Shown one piece after another: positions 1 through 10,444 of a stretch of DNA of 64,000 bases (position 1 is the stretch's first letter; every line of letters begins with the position of its first letter). This DNA comes from Candidatus Wolframiiraptor gerlachensis (GTDB lineage Archaea > Thermoproteota > Nitrososphaeria_A > Caldarchaeales > Wolframiiraptoraceae), in contig JAJPCT020000025.1 in the NCBI GenBank assembly GCA_021323375.2, positions 1 through 64,000 on the forward strand. The letters run 5' to 3'. The translations under genes and the position numbers were made by a program. The notes below the pieces were generated by a model. The model was not told the origin of the DNA, did not search any database, and was given only the letters and a program-made list of their open reading frames with translations.

Positions 1-427
1 CCCCCGCGCCCCGCTGGGCCCCCCCCCCAATGGCCTGGGGGGGGGGCCCCCGCCCCTCCGCCTTTTGTAAAGGGCCTTTTGTACTTTCCCACGCCCTGCC
101 GGTATGATGTTTTCCGCCGATCTCGATGCCCAGCCTCTCTATCACCTTTGACTCGACGAACTCGTGGACGTCCTCATAATCTCCCTCGAGCCTTAGCTCG
201 CCTTGAATTGCCTTCTCCCTAAGCTCCTTCAGTACCGAAAGTATCTTTGCCGCGTCGTCCCTCGGTATTATACCCTGCTCGCAGAGCATGATAACATGCG
301 CCATAGTCCCCTCAATATCGTCAAGAAGTATCTCTTGATCCTCGGCGAGAGATGAAAGATAGGATAATGCCTCCTCATCCATTTTTTCTAGCCTCGACCT
401 ATAGAGGCCGCCGCTGCCCGCGCTCAT
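1..427 (-). CDS. argH: argininosuccinate lyase, N-terminal part (runs off window; first ~95 nt of window look degraded)
   Basis: Manual translation from ATG at 427: MSAGSGGLYRSRLEKMDEEALSYLSSLAEDQEILLDDIEGTMAHVIMLCEQGII...EDVHEFVESKVIERLGIEIGGKHHTGR. This matches the ArgH N-terminus (AHxxML, EDxH, GGKLHTGRSRND). Confidence 0.9.
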   Translation of the reverse strand, partial: MSAGSGGLYRSRLEKMDEEALSYLSSLAEDQEILLDDIEGTMAHVIMLCEQGIIPRDDAAKILSVLKELREKAIQGELRLEGDYEDVHEFVESKVIERLGIEIGGKHHTGRAWESTKGPLQKAEGRGPPPQAIGGGAQRGAG

Positions 428-477
428 ACACTGTCATCGCATAGAATTCGGCCCTCTAGATAGCTATTACCGGGCCC

Positions 478-762
478 CTATTCCTCGAGCTCTAGGCCAT
501 CGCGCTTATGCGTGTGAAGCACTATCGAGGTCACGGTGCTCTTCACGCCTGGTATCCTCAGTATCTTGTCTCTCAGGAATCTTCTGAACTCGCTGATCCC
601 CGGGGTCGCGACGACCGCGATTATGTCAAATTCCCCCGTTACCTCGTAGACATCAATCACCTCGGGAAGCTTGCTCAGCTCCCTGCAGACGTTCCCCAGC
701 TGGCTGGACTCCGCGAAGACATGTATGAATGCCTTAATGCCAGAACGCTCGATATATGTCAT
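478..762 (-). CDS. Lrp/AsnC ligand-binding (RAM) domain protein without HTH
   Basis: LPEVIDVYEVTGEFDIIAVV...IPGVKSTVTSIV motif. Confidence 0.85.
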   Translation of the reverse strand: MTYIERSGIKAFIHVFAESSQLGNVCRELSKLPEVIDVYEVTGEFDIIAVVATPGISEFRRFLRDKILRIPGVKSTVTSIVLHTHKRDGLELEE

Positions 763-811
763 GCCCTATCCGGGGGTTGAGGTTGATCCGCCAATATTAA
801 GTATTTATGGC

Positions 812-2713
812 CTATTCCGTGGCCCTTTTTAGGAGCATTATCTTCCCAGGATGCTTAAGCATTAATGAGTGAACCTTCTCATCGAAGCCCTTCTCGAAGT
901 AAGCCTTTTCAAATCCCCGGACAATGTATGCTAGGAAGTCCACTTCGCTTTTCTCCGCCTCTTCATCTAGGATCTTTTCTAGGTCGCCGACCTTCACCTC
1001 GTATTCGGCTTCGTAGCCCATTGATCTGAGCTCCTTGGCAAGGTCCATGAGCGCTTTCTCGGTCTCCTGTTTCGCGGTCTCGATCTCGGCCTTTTCTCGG
1101 CCGCCAGTCATGATCTCCGGCACATCTATTATGCTGAGGAGCTTTATGCTGAAGCGCTTGTCAAGCGCCCTCTCGATCGACCTCTTTATCACCTCCGGGT
1201 CATCATATGGCCTAACTAGGACCGCGACTCGCATTCTATAGCCAGCTGGTAGGACCATGCCCCTCTCCTCCCTCCCTAGAATCGGCTTCTTGGATAGCTT
1301 TCTGAAGGCTATGTAGAGGGCGATGCCAGCAGCCATCCAGATGAAGCCGAAGAATCTTCCAGCAGGATGCAGTAAGACTACTAGGATCCAGATCGCGGTC
1401 GTCCCCACTAGGCCGAGCAGCCCCAGTATCGGTACCTCGATAGCATACTCGCCCTTACCCTTCAGCTTTATCGAGAGTGGTATCTTCCATGGCCTATAAA
1501 CCTCCCGCTCTCTAATCCTGAGGAGTAAGAGGCTTATCATCAAGAACATGTAGCTTAGTGAGCCGCCGAAGTTGTATAGGCTGGCGAGGAAGGGGATGTC
1601 GCCTGGCAGGGTTAATAGGAGACCGATAATCCCGAAGACTATTATCGTCCTCACAGGAGTCCTGAATCTCGGGTGGATATAATAGAACCATCTTGGGATG
1701 AGGTGGAATCTTCCCATGCTCGCTGCAAGGCGGGAGACGCCTATCAGGCCTGTGTTCGCGGATGCTAGGCAGAGGACGAACGCCGCGATTGCGACGAGCA
1801 TTGAGAGCTGTTCGCCAATCACCGGGAACCTGCTAACCAGCACCGCGACCGGGTTCTCGTATGATGAGCCGAGAACATGCCAGTCTAGGACGCCCATAGA
1901 GAGCACGCTAAACAATAGGACGGAGAGCATCACAGCTAGGACGCATAGCTTCGCCGCTCTTGGAATCCACCTATACGGCTTCCTCGTCTCTTCAGCAGCC
2001 TGCGCTATGGACTCTATTCCTATGAAGGATGCCATAGCAAGCGTTAATCCATAGAGGAAGTTGTTTAAGCCCGTGTCTAGGAAATCGAAGTACTCGACCT
2101 CCGAGAGGCGTTCCGGGTTTCCAAGCTGCGTTAGCTGGTTTAGGAAGAGATTGGCATCGAATCTCGTGAGAAAGCCCATGACCAGGATTGAGACCTGAAC
2201 TATTAACCCTATTATCACGAGGCATGAGATCAGGTCAGCCGAATACCTTATCCCCACATAGTTTATTGCGATTAGGAATGCGACAAGTAGGGAGGCAATT
2301 AGCCCGAGGCCACTAATCTCTAAGCCGGGGCAAATTTGAATCGAGAATCCCCTTATCCATGTGAAGAGATATTTCAGGTATCCGGAGGCGGCGGTTGCAA
2401 AGAGAGAGAGGCATAGCATGTAGTCGAGCATTATCGCCCAGCCAGCTATGAAGCTCAGTAGCGAATTCGAGGCTCTCAACGCATATACCTGAACCCCTCC
2501 AGCATAGGGATATGTTGGGGCGAGCTCGGCATATGTAAGGCCGATCGAGACATATATTATGGCCGCGGCTAGGAAGGCGAGGGGCGCCGCTCCCCCAGCA
2601 TAGAGAGTAACTATACCAAGGGCTATGAATATGTCTGCGCCCACGTCTCCATAGCCCATGGCAAAGGAGCCGAACCAGCCGACCTCACGCTTAAGCCTAG
2701 CCTCTTTACTCAA
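812..2713 (-). CDS. APC-family amino acid permease with C-terminal USP-like domain
   Basis: LKREVGWFGSFAMGYGDVGADIF, YAELA..YP.AGG, GIESIAQAAEE motifs, ~12 TM helices and a soluble USP-like tail. Confidence 0.88.
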   Translation of the reverse strand: MSKEARLKREVGWFGSFAMGYGDVGADIFIALGIVTLYAGGAAPLAFLAAAIIYVSIGLTYAELAPTYPYAGGVQVYALRASNSLLSFIAGWAIMLDYMLCLSLFATAASGYLKYLFTWIRGFSIQICPGLEISGLGLIASLLVAFLIAINYVGIRYSADLISCLVIIGLIVQVSILVMGFLTRFDANLFLNQLTQLGNPERLSEVEYFDFLDTGLNNFLYGLTLAMASFIGIESIAQAAEETRKPYRWIPRAAKLCVLAVMLSVLLFSVLSMGVLDWHVLGSSYENPVAVLVSRFPVIGEQLSMLVAIAAFVLCLASANTGLIGVSRLAASMGRFHLIPRWFYYIHPRFRTPVRTIIVFGIIGLLLTLPGDIPFLASLYNFGGSLSYMFLMISLLLLRIREREVYRPWKIPLSIKLKGKGEYAIEVPILGLLGLVGTTAIWILVVLLHPAGRFFGFIWMAAGIALYIAFRKLSKKPILGREERGMVLPAGYRMRVAVLVRPYDDPEVIKRSIERALDKRFSIKLLSIIDVPEIMTGGREKAEIETAKQETEKALMDLAKELRSMGYEAEYEVKVGDLEKILDEEAEKSEVDFLAYIVRGFEKAYFEKGFDEKVHSLMLKHPGKIMLLKRATE

Positions 2714-3160
2714 GCCCTCAAAACCGGTGATAGATGAAGAAAACTCACCTTAATAGACTAATCTCAAGGGAGGATTGTATCCCGTTGCTGGAAGAGAAGC
2801 AGGAAAATTAGCGTCAATCTCACAAAGGTAAAGATGTGTGAATCATTGATTTAACAACGTTACAAGATTTCCATAAATCCATTTAGTGAGCGAGATGAGA
2901 TTGGCGAATAAATGATTGTTGTCGCAGCCTCAATGCCACATTCACGGCGATACTATTCCTATGCATATTAGCATCTCAAGCGCTAGATTGAGATGGATAT
3001 TCGGGCTACTCATCATCGTGATGACGCTCTAAAAGCTGATGGCCTGACGCCATAAACCCCTTATCCAATAAATTAAATAATGTTTAACACCGCTGCCATT
3101 TTTATCGCAGAATTCATGTATGCTAGAAGAATGTCGCAATTTTTGTATGATGCTTGTTGG

Positions 3161-3236
3161 TGGTGGACCGGGCGGGATTTGAACCCGCGACCTCCCGCGT
3201 GCAAGGCGGGCGATCTCCCAGCTGATCTACCGGCCC
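3161..3236 (-). tRNA. tRNA-Ala(TGC), CCA encoded
   Basis: Reverse complement GGGCCGGTAGATCAGCTGGGAGATCGCCCGCCTTGCACGCGGGAGGTCGCGGGTTCAAATCCCGCCCGGTCCACCA folds to a cloverleaf with anticodon TGC. Confidence 0.97.
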
Positions 3237-3321
3237 CCATTAGCTTCTTTCTTGTCGTGGAGTATTTTAGACTTTCCTAAGGTTCTGAAATATTAATATC
3301 CGTCCCTTTTGAGTTCTCTCT

Positions 3322-4287
3322 ATGATGATCTTTGCTGTTGGCGAGGTCTTGATTGATTTTATCGCTGTCGAGGAGGCTGACTTGAAGGATGTGAGAGTTT
3401 TTGAGAAGCATCCTGGCGGCGCTCCGGCGAATATGGTTGTGGGCTTGAGAAGGCTGAATGTCCCTTCCGGGCTGATAAGTAAGGTTGGGAGAGATGCTTT
3501 CGGGGAATTTCTGGTTGAAAGGCTCAGGGAGGAGGGTGTTGATACTAGATACATTGTATATGACGATGAGAGGAATACAGGTGTTGTCTTTGTGCAACTT
3601 AAGCAGGCTGAGCCGAGCTTCCTCCTCTATGACCATGTAGCATACTTTAATCTCAGACTTGATGAGGTGGATAAGTCGTTCCTAGATAAGGCTGATCTGC
3701 TGCATTTTGGTGGTGTTCTCCTGGCTAGGGAGCCTAGTAGGTCGACGAGTCTAGAGCTTGCGCGGATGGCGAGAAGCCGGGGGATACCAACGAGCTTTGA
3801 CGTAAATATTAGGCCCAATCTCTGGGTGGGTAGGATGGATGAGCTTGTAAGCTGTATGGAGGCGGCGCTAAAGCACGCCGACATAGTTAAGCTTGGGAGG
3901 GGGGAGAGAAGGCTACTCGAGGATTATGGCATTGATATAATGAGCTTTAACATAAAGCTGATCGCTATAACGAAGGGCGCTGAGGGTAGTGAGCTGATAT
4001 ATGGAGGCCAGGCGGTGAGTGTGCCAGCATATAGGGTTGAGGCCGTTGACCCGACAGGCGCGGGCGATGCGTATATGGCTGCGCTTCTTGCTGCACTTTA
4101 CTCTATGGGGAAGCTAAGGGAGCTTGTGCTTAGTAGTGAGGAGCTTAGGCTTGCTGGAAGATTTGCGAACATTGTCGCTGCGATCTCGACGACTAAGAGG
4201 GGGGCATGGAGCACGCCACGGGTAGAATCACTTCAAGAAATCCCAGAAATAAGACCCATAGTTGAGAAGCTCATGGCGACTAAATAA
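3322..4287 (+). CDS. PfkB-family carbohydrate kinase (fructokinase-like)
   Basis: GGAPANMVVGL, VGRDAFG, DVNIRPNLW, VDPTGAGDAY motifs. Confidence 0.92.
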   Translation: MMIFAVGEVLIDFIAVEEADLKDVRVFEKHPGGAPANMVVGLRRLNVPSGLISKVGRDAFGEFLVERLREEGVDTRYIVYDDERNTGVVFVQLKQAEPSFLLYDHVAYFNLRLDEVDKSFLDKADLLHFGGVLLAREPSRSTSLELARMARSRGIPTSFDVNIRPNLWVGRMDELVSCMEAALKHADIVKLGRGERRLLEDYGIDIMSFNIKLIAITKGAEGSELIYGGQAVSVPAYRVEAVDPTGAGDAYMAALLAALYSMGKLRELVLSSEELRLAGRFANIVAAISTTKRGAWSTPRVESLQEIPEIRPIVEKLMATK

Positions 4288-4383
4288 TTCTTGGCTTCAT
4301 CACCCCTTCCTCGAGTTTCTTTAATCAAGGCGCCTAGGAGTAGTAATATTAATACTGGGATCGTATTTGTTAACGCGGGTCTC

Positions 4384-5700
4384 ATGCCGTCTTTCCCTGA
4401 GATGCTGCGAAATGCTCTGAGCAAGTTCAGGTCAGCCGCGACCGTGGATAAGAGGACTGTCGAGGAGCTTATAAGGGATATTCAGAGAGCGCTCCTTATC
4501 GCTGATGTCAACGTAGAGCTTGTCAAAAAGATCTCGGATAGGATTAGGGAGAGAGCCTTCTCGGGTGAGCTGCCGCCCGGGATCTCGAGAAGGGACTACG
4601 TGATCAAGGTCGTCTATGAGGAGCTTGTGAGACTCCTTGGCGAGAAGCCCGCTGAGATAAGGATCACTAAGAGGCCATATGTCATAATGGCTGTCGGGAT
4701 TCAGGGGGCTGGGAAGACCACGAGCATCGCGAAGATAGCATATTATCTCAAGAGGATGGGTTATAGGGTTGCGGTTGTCTGCGCTGACACGTATAGGCCT
4801 GGAGCATATGAGCAGCTTAAACAGCTTCTTGATGGAAGGGATATCCCCGTCTTTCATGAGGGCTCCGATGCTGTTGAGATCGCGAGGAATGGTGTGAGGC
4901 GCTTCTCTGATGAGGGCTATGATGTTATCCTGATAGATACTGCTGGGAGGCATAAGAGCCAGGAGGATCTCATGAAGGAGATGAGGGTTCTTCAGGAAAG
5001 CATTAAGCCCGATGAGGTGATGCTCATCATCGATGCCACTACAGGTCAGGCTGCTGGAGAGCATGCCAGGGCTTTCCACCAGGCGGCTCCCGTCGGGTCA
5101 ATAGTCTTAACGAAGATGGATACTTCGGCTAGGGGTGGAGGGGCATTATCCGCGATCGTGGAGACAGGTGCCAAAATAAAGTTCATTGGGACTGGTGAGA
5201 AGCTGGAGGAGATCGAGCTCTTTAACCCGAAGGGATATGTGGGCAGGCTCCTTGGCATAGGCGACTTGGAAGGGCTACTTGAAAGGATCAAGCTCGCTGA
5301 GATCGAGGTGAGTGAAGAACGCGCGAAGAAGATGCTACGGGGGGAGTTCACGCTCGAGGAGTTCGTTAAGCAGTTGAGGGAGGTTAGGAAGATGGGGCCC
5401 CTCTCGAAGCTTTTATCGAGGCTTCCGCTGCTCGGGCTCCCCGACATCCCACAGGACGCCCTCAAGGAGGCGGAGGAGAAGATCGAGAAGTGGTGGGCGA
5501 TAATACAGTCCATGACGCCGGAGGAGAGGAGTGACCCAGATATACTCGATGCCTCGAGAGTTAGAAGGATCGCGAGAGGCGCCGGGGTATCTGAGGGCGA
5601 TGTCAAGGCCCTCTTGAGACAGTATAAGCTGACAAGGAAGCTCATTAAGAGGGCGAAGAAGGCGCCCCATAAGCTTGCAGGCCTTAGGGGGTTAGGATAA
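4384..5700 (+). CDS. srp54: signal recognition particle protein SRP54
   Basis: ALLIADVN, GIQGAGKTT, DTAGRH, TKMD..ARGGGALS, M domain SMTPEER. Start moved to ATG 4384. Confidence 0.97.
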   Translation: MPSFPEMLRNALSKFRSAATVDKRTVEELIRDIQRALLIADVNVELVKKISDRIRERAFSGELPPGISRRDYVIKVVYEELVRLLGEKPAEIRITKRPYVIMAVGIQGAGKTTSIAKIAYYLKRMGYRVAVVCADTYRPGAYEQLKQLLDGRDIPVFHEGSDAVEIARNGVRRFSDEGYDVILIDTAGRHKSQEDLMKEMRVLQESIKPDEVMLIIDATTGQAAGEHARAFHQAAPVGSIVLTKMDTSARGGGALSAIVETGAKIKFIGTGEKLEEIELFNPKGYVGRLLGIGDLEGLLERIKLAEIEVSEERAKKMLRGEFTLEEFVKQLREVRKMGPLSKLLSRLPLLGLPDIPQDALKEAEEKIEKWWAIIQSMTPEERSDPDILDASRVRRIARGAGVSEGDVKALLRQYKLTRKLIKRAKKAPHKLAGLRGLG

Positions 5701-5755
5701 CAATCCTCCCAAAGATTATGGTTATTAGGATAATTGCGGCATCATCACGCCGGGG

Positions 5756-7111
5756 TTGTCATTCGAGGGGCTGGCCGAGGTTTTGGGGAAGGCTGAGAGG
5801 CTGCTTCTAGCCCACTCTCTCTGCGATTATTGCCTTGGTAGACAGTTCTCCTCACTATGCTATGGCGCTGGGAATGATGAGAGGGGTAGAGCGCTGAAGC
5901 TCATCCTCACTATGTGGAGCCTCATTCGGTATAGGGAGTCCGGGGAGACGCCGGAGATCTTGAGAAGACTCGCTTCAACGGGCTTCGGCCCCGCGGTGAA
6001 GACCCTGCAGGCGCTTGGTGAGGTGCCGCCCAAGCAGTCTCCATGCTACATCTGCGGTGGAGCCCTAACTAGGAGGAGGATGGAGGAGGTTGCCGAGAAG
6101 GCCGCGGAGGAGCTGAGGGAATACGAGTTCAGGAATCTCTTGGTTGGTGCCAAGGTTCCAGCGGATGTGAGGGAGAGGGAGGATGAGCTTAGAGCGGCCT
6201 TCAGCATAGACACGGGGGAGGATATCAAGGAAGATATCACAAGAGGTGTTGGCTCGGCGCTCCAGAGGAGATTCAAGGTCCCGGTCGAGTACCAGAACCC
6301 GGACATCGTCGTCCTTGTTGACATATTCTCCGGGACGTATGAGCTGCAGGTTAACCCCCTCTTCATTAAGGGGCTATACAGGAAGCTTCAGAAGAATATA
6401 CCTCAGACGCCTTGGTATTGTAGATACTGCTGGGGCCGTGGATGCGGGAGATGCAATTATACTGGGAGGGAGTATCCGGGGTCTGTTAGCGAGCTGATAG
6501 GTGAGCCTGCTCTCAAGCTCTTCGAGGCCTTGAGTTACAAGTTTCACGGCGCGGGGAGGGAAGATGTTGATGCCACTGTCACGGGAACCGGCAGGCCATT
6601 CATCCTAGAGCTAAAGCATCCTAGAAAGAGGTTTGTTGACTTAACGCTTCTGGAGAAGATTGTGAATGAGGATGCGAGGGGGAAGGTGGAGATCTCGAAC
6701 CTAGAATATTCGAGTAGGAGGGAGCTGAGGATATTGAAGAACCTCTCCCCCATAGCGTCGAAGACCTATGAGGCCGTGGTTGAGTTTGATGGCGACGTGG
6801 ATGAGGGGGCGCTGAGACAGGTTATGGAGATGTTCAGGGATCTTGTGATAAATCAGAGGACCCCTAGAAGGGTTTTGAGGAGGAGGGCTGACAAGATTAG
6901 GCAGAAGAAGGTCTACTATGTTGAGGCTGAGAAGCTTGGCGACCGCGTCGTCAAGTTCAGGATCAAGGCTCAGGGCGGCCTATACATAAAGGAGCTCATA
7001 GATGGCGATGAGGGGAGGACCGAGCCCAATATAGCGGAGGTCCTCGGTAGGAGGCCTCTCAAGATAGACCTCTCCGTTATCGAGGTTGAGTATCCAGGGA
7101 CCAGGGGATAG
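5756..7111 (+). CDS. pus10: tRNA pseudouridine(54/55) synthase Pus10
   Basis: LCDYCLGRQF, FHGAGREDVDA, GRPFILE, QRTPRRV, GGLYIKELI.GD.GRT.P. Confidence 0.95.
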   Translation: MSFEGLAEVLGKAERLLLAHSLCDYCLGRQFSSLCYGAGNDERGRALKLILTMWSLIRYRESGETPEILRRLASTGFGPAVKTLQALGEVPPKQSPCYICGGALTRRRMEEVAEKAAEELREYEFRNLLVGAKVPADVREREDELRAAFSIDTGEDIKEDITRGVGSALQRRFKVPVEYQNPDIVVLVDIFSGTYELQVNPLFIKGLYRKLQKNIPQTPWYCRYCWGRGCGRCNYTGREYPGSVSELIGEPALKLFEALSYKFHGAGREDVDATVTGTGRPFILELKHPRKRFVDLTLLEKIVNEDARGKVEISNLEYSSRRELRILKNLSPIASKTYEAVVEFDGDVDEGALRQVMEMFRDLVINQRTPRRVLRRRADKIRQKKVYYVEAEKLGDRVVKFRIKAQGGLYIKELIDGDEGRTEPNIAEVLGRRPLKIDLSVIEVEYPGTRG

Positions 7112-7148
7112 CCGCCTCCGGAAAAATAAGCTGGGAAAATATGGTGGT

Positions 7149-8612
7149 TTAGAGTGTTACCTTAAAGAACATTTGGAGGACCACGGCGATTATGAAGAAG
7201 CCGTAGAAGACTGATCCCATGGCGAGGATTATGTTGGTCACAATGCCCGGTCTAAGAGGCTTCGGCAAGATCCTGTTGCTGACTATCAGCTGTAGGATCG
7301 GCGCAAGCATCAGCGCGAGGAGCCCGAGAACGGCCCCGGTCGCTGAGAGGTGATAGGGCTCCGCCAGCTTATAGACCGTCGAGATGACGAGTATTATGAC
7401 CGATAATGCATAGATGGCGTAGACCACCGCGTAATACATCTTCCTCGGGTCTCCGCCGGTCATCTTCCTGACCCGCTCGCTCGCGAACCAGAAGTTGTCG
7501 GTTACTGTTCTCGCAACGGAGTCCATTATCCCCCACTGTGTATCGAAGAGGGCCCAGAAGCCTCCAAGTAGGACTATTACCCATGCTGCCCAGCCGAGAA
7601 CCGCTGAGAGCGCCTCTGCCTGAGCTGCTGCCACCTGAAAGCCCATTGGCGCGAGGCCTCTCGGCACGAGCAGGGCATATGCCATGACGCTTGTCAAGAT
7701 CACGGTCACCATTGTTATCCCGGAGAAGAATACATAGGAGTCGAGCCTAACTATCTTGAGCCATCCCCTCCATCTTCTTAAATTCTCCTGGTTATTCACC
7801 TCAAAGGGTATCTCGTCCGCCTTCAGCTCCACCTTGCTACCTCCTACGAGGCCTGAGATGTAACCGGCCTTGCTTCCCATACCCCAGCCCTTATCCCTGG
7901 CATAGCTGGAGATGAAGAGATTGAAGCCGAAGCCCGCTGGAATATACGCGATCGCCGCGGCGATCATATACCAGTTTATATCATTTTGCGGCGGGAAGCC
8001 GAGTCTCGGCCTTAGGAAGCCCCCGAATCCGCTTAGGACCTCGAGCCAAGCCTGCGGTGACGCGGCTATAACGACGCCAGCGATTATCGTGGCTACAAGA
8101 AGTATCAGTATAGGCCAGCTAACGAGCTCAAGAGTCCTCTGGATCTTCTTGCCGAAGTGTATCACGAGCAGCCCGACGGTTAGAGCCACTATGCCCCAGG
8201 CTAGGACAAGGTATGCGTCTTGCGGCCCTGGGAGGCGGCCGAGTTGCAGCGCTGTTATCGCGGTAGCGGAGGCTGCGGCCCACCCCGGCCAGATTACCGG
8301 GATGAATATGAGAAGTGTCCAGGCACATGCCCATGTAAGCGGGTTTGGGGGAAGCTTCTGGTAAGCCTTGTGAATCGGCTGACCACTATATACGGCGTAT
8401 TTCATCGACTCAACGGCGACAACCGCCTGTATTATGCAGGAGAGGAGGGCTGCCCAGAGCAGATATGGGCCATACTTCACGACAATTGCTGGAAAGAGGA
8501 TCCATTCGCCGCTTCCTATCGCCATTGATCCGAGGATGACTCCAGGGCCGACTGCCTTTAGATAGCTCCAGATTCCTGGCTTGGGAGGCTCGGGAAGAGC
8601 TTCCGACACCAT
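7149..8612 (-). CDS. Nramp-like / APC-superfamily membrane transporter
   Basis: GPGVILGSMAIGSGEWILFP motif and ~11 TM segments. Confidence 0.75.
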   Translation of the reverse strand: MVSEALPEPPKPGIWSYLKAVGPGVILGSMAIGSGEWILFPAIVVKYGPYLLWAALLSCIIQAVVAVESMKYAVYSGQPIHKAYQKLPPNPLTWACAWTLLIFIPVIWPGWAAASATAITALQLGRLPGPQDAYLVLAWGIVALTVGLLVIHFGKKIQRTLELVSWPILILLVATIIAGVVIAASPQAWLEVLSGFGGFLRPRLGFPPQNDINWYMIAAAIAYIPAGFGFNLFISSYARDKGWGMGSKAGYISGLVGGSKVELKADEIPFEVNNQENLRRWRGWLKIVRLDSYVFFSGITMVTVILTSVMAYALLVPRGLAPMGFQVAAAQAEALSAVLGWAAWVIVLLGGFWALFDTQWGIMDSVARTVTDNFWFASERVRKMTGGDPRKMYYAVVYAIYALSVIILVISTVYKLAEPYHLSATGAVLGLLALMLAPILQLIVSNRILPKPLRPGIVTNIILAMGSVFYGFFIIAVVLQMFFKVTL

Positions 8613-8760
8613 CCCACGACGCCTCGGATATGGGCTTAGATGCCCGGTTATAAGCGTTAATGCTTAAAAATGTGCTACGTTCCCCAACAATAATTCTCAA
8701 GGGCCGGGGAAACATTATTAGAGTTAAAAGCTGGCCGATCTCTTTTTAGGAGAGGGGTGT

Positions 8761-10443
8761 GTGAAGCTCGGGGAGAAGGTTCTCGTTACGGCGGCTCTCC
8801 CGTATTCCTATGCTCCTAGACATTTTGGCCACCTAGCTGGAGCCTATCTTCCAGCCGATATCTTTGCTAGGTTTAAGCGGATGAGGGGGGCCGAGGTTGT
8901 CTATGTCTGCGGGACGGATGAGAATGCGAGCAGCATAGTGATAGAGGCTATGAGGAGGGGAATGACGCCGAAGGAGCTCTGCGACATGTATTACCCGATC
9001 CAGAAGGAGGTCTTCGAGAAGCTGGGGATAAGTTTCGACATCTTCTCTAGGACGAGCAAGCCCATACATTATCAGGTTGTCAGGGAGTTTTATCTAAGGC
9101 TCTGGGAGAAGGGATACGTCTACCCGAAGGTGATTAAGCAGTGGTGGTGCCCGAACTGCAAGATCTTCCTCCCTGACAGGTTCGTGGTCGGCACGTGTCC
9201 GAGATGCGGCGCGCCCGGCCAGTATGGCGACGTCTGCGAGGTCTGCGGATCATGGTATGAATCCTTCGAGATAATAGATCCCAAGTGCTCGCTATGCAGG
9301 TCAAGGCCCGAGATAAGGGAGAAGACCCATTTCTTCCTCAAGTTAAGCGCCCTGACAGAGAAGGTCCTCGAGTATGTTAGGGATAAGAAGTTCTGGAGGA
9401 AGGCCACATATAACAAGACCATCGCCTGGCTCGAGAAGGAGGGGCTGAGGGACAAGGATATTACAAGGGATTATAGCTGGGGGCCTCCAGCGCCATTCCC
9501 CGGAGCCGAGGGCCAGGTGATCTATAATTGGGCCGAGAACCTCCTCGGATACATCTCAGCGACTAGGGATTGGGCCGAGAATATTGTGGGCGACCCTGAG
9601 AGGTGGAAGAGCTTCTGGATGGATAAGAATGTCAAGTTATACTGCTTCATCGGTAAGGATAACCTCTTTTTCCACACAATCCTCTTCCCGGCGCTCCTCA
9701 TCGCCCATGGAGAGTACATACTGCCATACAACGTGGTTGTCAACGAGTTCGTGAATCTAGAGGGCGAGAAGCTCTCAACCAGCCGTGGATGGGTTGTCTG
9801 GCTCCATGAACTGCTCGAGAGATACGATCCCGACGTGATCAGGTATTATGCAGCGGCAATAGCCCCCGAGACGAGGGACACGGACTTCAAGTGGCAGGAC
9901 TTCGCCGAGAAGATAAACGGCGAGCTCATCGGCACATATGGAAACTTCGTCCACAGGGTTCTAAGCTTCACCTATTCCAAGATGGGCGGGGTCATCCCAC
10001 AGCCCGGGGAGATGGATAAGCGGGATGAGGAGATGCTTAGCCGGAGGATAGAGTATGCGAGGATGCTCGAGGAGCATATTGAGGCATGCGAGTTCAGGAA
10101 GGGGCTGAGGACCATCCTCGACCTAGCGCAGGAAGGCAACGCTTACATGAATGAGAAGGCGCCATGGAGTAATCCGGAGAAGGCCAGGACGCCTGTTTAC
10201 GTGCTCTGCCAGGTGGTCTACTCGCTGGCAGTCATCTCGGCGCCCTACCTCCCATTCACTGCCCAGAGGATCCTCGATTACATGAATACTGGGAAAAGAG
10301 TGTCAGAGCTTAGATGGAGTGATGCCGAGGCCATGATACCGCCGGGGCACAGGATAAACGAGCCTAAACCCCTCTTCAGAAAAATAACAAGTGAGGAGGT
10401 TGAGGAGCAGGTGCGGAAGCTTTTTGAGAGATTAAAAAAATAG
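8761..10443 (+). CDS. metG: methionine--tRNA ligase
   Basis: HFGH (HIGH-like), YVCGTDE, zinc knuckles, FIGKDNLFFH, KLSTS (KMSKS-like). Confidence 0.97.
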   Translation: MKLGEKVLVTAALPYSYAPRHFGHLAGAYLPADIFARFKRMRGAEVVYVCGTDENASSIVIEAMRRGMTPKELCDMYYPIQKEVFEKLGISFDIFSRTSKPIHYQVVREFYLRLWEKGYVYPKVIKQWWCPNCKIFLPDRFVVGTCPRCGAPGQYGDVCEVCGSWYESFEIIDPKCSLCRSRPEIREKTHFFLKLSALTEKVLEYVRDKKFWRKATYNKTIAWLEKEGLRDKDITRDYSWGPPAPFPGAEGQVIYNWAENLLGYISATRDWAENIVGDPERWKSFWMDKNVKLYCFIGKDNLFFHTILFPALLIAHGEYILPYNVVVNEFVNLEGEKLSTSRGWVVWLHELLERYDPDVIRYYAAAIAPETRDTDFKWQDFAEKINGELIGTYGNFVHRVLSFTYSKMGGVIPQPGEMDKRDEEMLSRRIEYARMLEEHIEACEFRKGLRTILDLAQEGNAYMNEKAPWSNPEKARTPVYVLCQVVYSLAVISAPYLPFTAQRILDYMNTGKRVSELRWSDAEAMIPPGHRINEPKPLFRKITSEEVEEQVRKLFERLKK

Positions 10444-10444
10444 T

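Noticed and set aside
1-95. G/C homopolymer-rich stretch suggesting a G-quadruplex or special repeat
   Set aside because: It replaces the expected ArgH SRNDQ continuation at the window edge, so it is most likely low-quality contig-end sequence.
3155-3166. Genomic CCACCA at the tRNA-Ala 3' end (possible degradation tag)
   Set aside because: The CCACCA tag is added post-transcriptionally, and the trailer is probably trimmed, so this is likely coincidence.
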